From Crocinitomicaceae bacterium (GTDB lineage: Bacteria; Bacteroidota; Bacteroidia; Flavobacteriales_D; Crocinitomicaceae), in NCBI GenBank assembly GCA_024643365.1, contig JAHENC010000004.1, forward strand, positions 67,046-131,045: a stretch of DNA of 64,000 nt, read 5' to 3'. The notes beneath the pieces were generated by a model. It ran no database searches, was not told the origin of the DNA, and saw nothing but the letters and a program-made list of their open reading frames with translations. A program made the translations under genes and the position numbers. Shown here in pieces: positions 61,852-64,000 of the stretch (positions within the stretch are counted from its first letter, which is position 1; each line of letters starts with the position of its first letter).

Positions 61852-64000
61852 ATGAAAAAAAGACATTTACTCCTATCTTTTTTATCACTCTTCGCCATTT
61901 CCATGAATGCTTTTGCTCAACAAAAACGTGTTCTAGACCCTGGAAATATGCGTCAAGGCGAAACAATTGAGTATTGCACCCAACACAAAAAACAGGCGGA
62001 ACTGATGAAGAATCCAGCCTACGTGAAATCAAAGGAATTGGATGATGCAGAATTTGAGATGCTTTCCAAAAAAGGTGGATCGGAAAAAGCAACTATTTAT
62101 AAAATCCCGGTTGTTTTCCATGTATTACACATGAATGGTGTTGAAAACATTTCGGACGAACAAATATTGGATGCACTTGCTATTTTAAACAGAGATTATA
62201 GAAAACAAAATGCAGATACAGCCAATGTTCACCCTGATTTTGCTGGAATGCCTGCCGATATTGAAATCGAATTTGTCTTAGCGACTAAAGCTCCCAATGG
62301 AACATGTTTTAAGGGAATCACGAGAACCTACAATACCATTAGTTATGATGGAAGCGATGGTGGGAACCAAGTGGATGCTATTGTAGCTGGAAACGATGTG
62401 TATCAAGGACAATGGCCGGGTAATAAATACATGAATGTATTTATTTGTGGAGAAATTGGTGGAGCAGCTGGTTACACATACAATCCTGCCGGATGGGGTG
62501 CTACCCAAATGACAAACGGTATTTGGGTATTACACGATTACGTTGGATCGATTGGAACTAGTTCTGTCGGAACAAGTAGAACCTTAACACACGAAGTAGG
62601 ACACTGGTTAAACTTATCTCATACATGGGGATCAAATAATAATCCAGGAACGGCAGCAAGCTGTTCTGGTAATGGAGATCAAGTTCAGGATACGCCAACA
62701 TGTATAGGCGTGTCAGCTTGTCTATTAAATTCCAATACATGTAATAACGATAATGCGTATTGGGGATTTGATATCCGTGACAATGTGGAGAACTACATGG
62801 ACTATTCTTATTGTTCTAAAATGTTCACAGAAGGTCAGCGCACGCGTATGCGAACAGCACTTCAATCAACCAATACAGGTCGTGCGAATCTTTGGACAAC
62901 AGCGAATCTTGCTTCGGTAGGCGCAAACGGAGTGCTTTATTTATGTAAAGCTGAATTTACTTCGGATAAAACAACGATATGTAATGGTGATGAAATTTCT
63001 TTTTCAGATGATTCATACAACGTGGCAAATTCTTGGACATGGACCATTACTCCTTCTACTGGATGGGCTTATTCAAATGGTACTTCTGCAACAAGTCAGA
63101 ATCCATCTGTCATCTTTGATACACCTGGACTCTATACTGTTCAGTTAACTGCTTCGGATGGAACATTGTCCGATAGTGAAATTAAAAACAACTTTATTCG
63201 CGTACTAAACACGGCAGCTTCACTGCCATTCTGGGAGGGATTTGAAGATTATTCAAGTTTATCAAATATACAAGAATGGGAAGTGTTTTCTTCTTCTGCG
63301 AATAACGCATGGACAATCGAGTCAACTACAGGGCACTCAGGCGCACAAAGTGCAAAACTGATGAATTTTGGACAAGGAACAGCGAATGTTGATGAGTTGA
63401 CTTCCTCTCAAATTGATTTGTCTTCCATTCCTTCTACAGGTACCGTTACCTTGAGTTTCCGTTATGCGTATCGCAAAGTGTTGACGACGAACTATGAGTA
63501 CTTAAAAGTATTTATTTCCGGAGATTGCGGAGCGGATTGGATTCAACGCAAAACGATTCAGGGGAATCAACTTTCTACCCTGACGTCTACGACAACTTGG
63601 AAACCAACAGTACAAACGGATTGGACTACAGTTCACATGACGAATGTAACAAGCAACTATTTCACGGATAAATTCCGTGTGCTTTTTCGCTTCGAAGGAG
63701 AAGGAGGAAATAACATTTACTTGGACGACATCAATTTGTATAATGGTAGTCCATCCAACGAACTTGTAACTGGTATCGTGGAGCACTCTTCTATCACTCA
63801 CTTGGAAATGTTCCCTAATCCAGCGGATGATGAATTGAATGTTTCATTTGATCTTCCGAATACAGATGATTTAACGATTTCGATGATCGACCTTTCAGGT
63901 AAAATCATTCAGAAACACTTGGTGAAAGCGAAAGAAGGTAAAAACTTAGTGATGATGAATACACAAGAACTTGCAGGTGGCATGTACCAGTTAGTCATTG
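61852..64000 (+). CDS. M43 (pappalysin-like) zinc metalloprotease with PKD-like and MAM/choice-of-anchor-J-like domains and a T9SS type A C-terminal domain (3' end truncated by the window)
   Basis: This ORF is not in the supplied track because it has no stop inside the window. I translated it by hand from ATG 61852 to 64000 (716 codons) and found no stop. The signal peptide is MKKRHLLLSFLSLFAISMNAFAQ. It carries the zinc motif HEVGHWLNLSHTW and DNVENYMDYS, a PKD-like unit (TPGLYTVQLTASDG), LPFWEGFEDYS...YLKVFISGDCGADW, and the Por-tail onset FPNPADDELNVSF...GMYQLVI. Confidence 0.85.
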   Translation, partial: MKKRHLLLSFLSLFAISMNAFAQQKRVLDPGNMRQGETIEYCTQHKKQAELMKNPAYVKSKELDDAEFEMLSKKGGSEKATIYKIPVVFHVLHMNGVENISDEQILDALAILNRDYRKQNADTANVHPDFAGMPADIEIEFVLATKAPNGTCFKGITRTYNTISYDGSDGGNQVDAIVAGNDVYQGQWPGNKYMNVFICGEIGGAAGYTYNPAGWGATQMTNGIWVLHDYVGSIGTSSVGTSRTLTHEVGHWLNLSHTWGSNNNPGTAASCSGNGDQVQDTPTCIGVSACLLNSNTCNNDNAYWGFDIRDNVENYMDYSYCSKMFTEGQRTRMRTALQSTNTGRANLWTTANLASVGANGVLYLCKAEFTSDKTTICNGDEISFSDDSYNVANSWTWTITPSTGWAYSNGTSATSQNPSVIFDTPGLYTVQLTASDGTLSDSEIKNNFIRVLNTAASLPFWEGFEDYSSLSNIQEWEVFSSSANNAWTIESTTGHSGAQSAKLMNFGQGTANVDELTSSQIDLSSIPSTGTVTLSFRYAYRKVLTTNYEYLKVFISGDCGADWIQRKTIQGNQLSTLTSTTTWKPTVQTDWTTVHMTNVTSNYFTDKFRVLFRFEGEGGNNIYLDDINLYNGSPSNELVTGIVEHSSITHLEMFPNPADDELNVSFDLPNTDDLTISMIDLSGKIIQKHLVKAKEGKNLVMMNTQELAGGMYQLVI

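Noticed and set aside
61850-63801. Four minus-strand ORFs in the track (61850..62092, 62278..62508, 62558..62740 and 63502..63801).
   Set aside because: All four are antisense to the uninterrupted 716-codon plus-strand M43 protease ORF that the track omitted because it lacks a stop inside the window.

Overview
This is an AT-rich, gene-dense chromosomal segment with about 58 protein-coding genes. I saw no rRNA, tRNA, CRISPR array, transposase or prophage genes. It reads like core genome of a Bacteroidota, probably a Flavobacteriales (Cryomorphaceae/Crocinitomicaceae-like) organism; this taxon call is an inference from three observations. There are five type IX secretion (T9SS) cargo proteins, two with type B 'gliding-motility-associated' C-terminal domains and three with type A Por-tail domains. 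Bacteroidota-style TAnnTTTG '-7' promoter boxes sit in many intergenic regions. Shine-Dalgarno sequences are essentially absent. The content is mostly housekeeping: fbp, exbB-exbD-tonB-like, mfd, two yceI paralogs, yicC-gmk-nadD, rsmA, hutI, lpdA, lptB, tatC, pheS, ytxJ, glutaminyl cyclase, LOG, rluD, two APC permeases, comEA-like, apt, acyl-CoA dehydrogenase, rpsU, a Xer-type recombinase, pfkB kinase, DUF349, a GT9 glycosyltransferase and an acyl-CoA thioesterase. One long ORF is absent from the supplied track because it runs off the window end (61852..64000): an M43 zinc metalloprotease with a T9SS tail. I did not find a convincing defence island, mobile element or clearly novel multi-gene system. 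The most unusual items are: (i) a perfect 10-bp tandem repeat that fills the apt/acyl-CoA dehydrogenase spacer and supplies the start codon; (ii) a 16-bp perfect inverted repeat carrying mirrored -7 boxes between the thioesterase and the M43 protease; (iii) three or four genes whose -7 box sits 4-5 nt from the ATG, which is leaderless geometry; (iv) a tandem triplet of paralogous small lipoprotein genes; (v) a TMTC-like GT-C+TPR membrane protein; and (vi) an AddB-like nuclease with no AddA partner in the window. All functional calls come from reading the translations and recalling family motifs. No database search was run.
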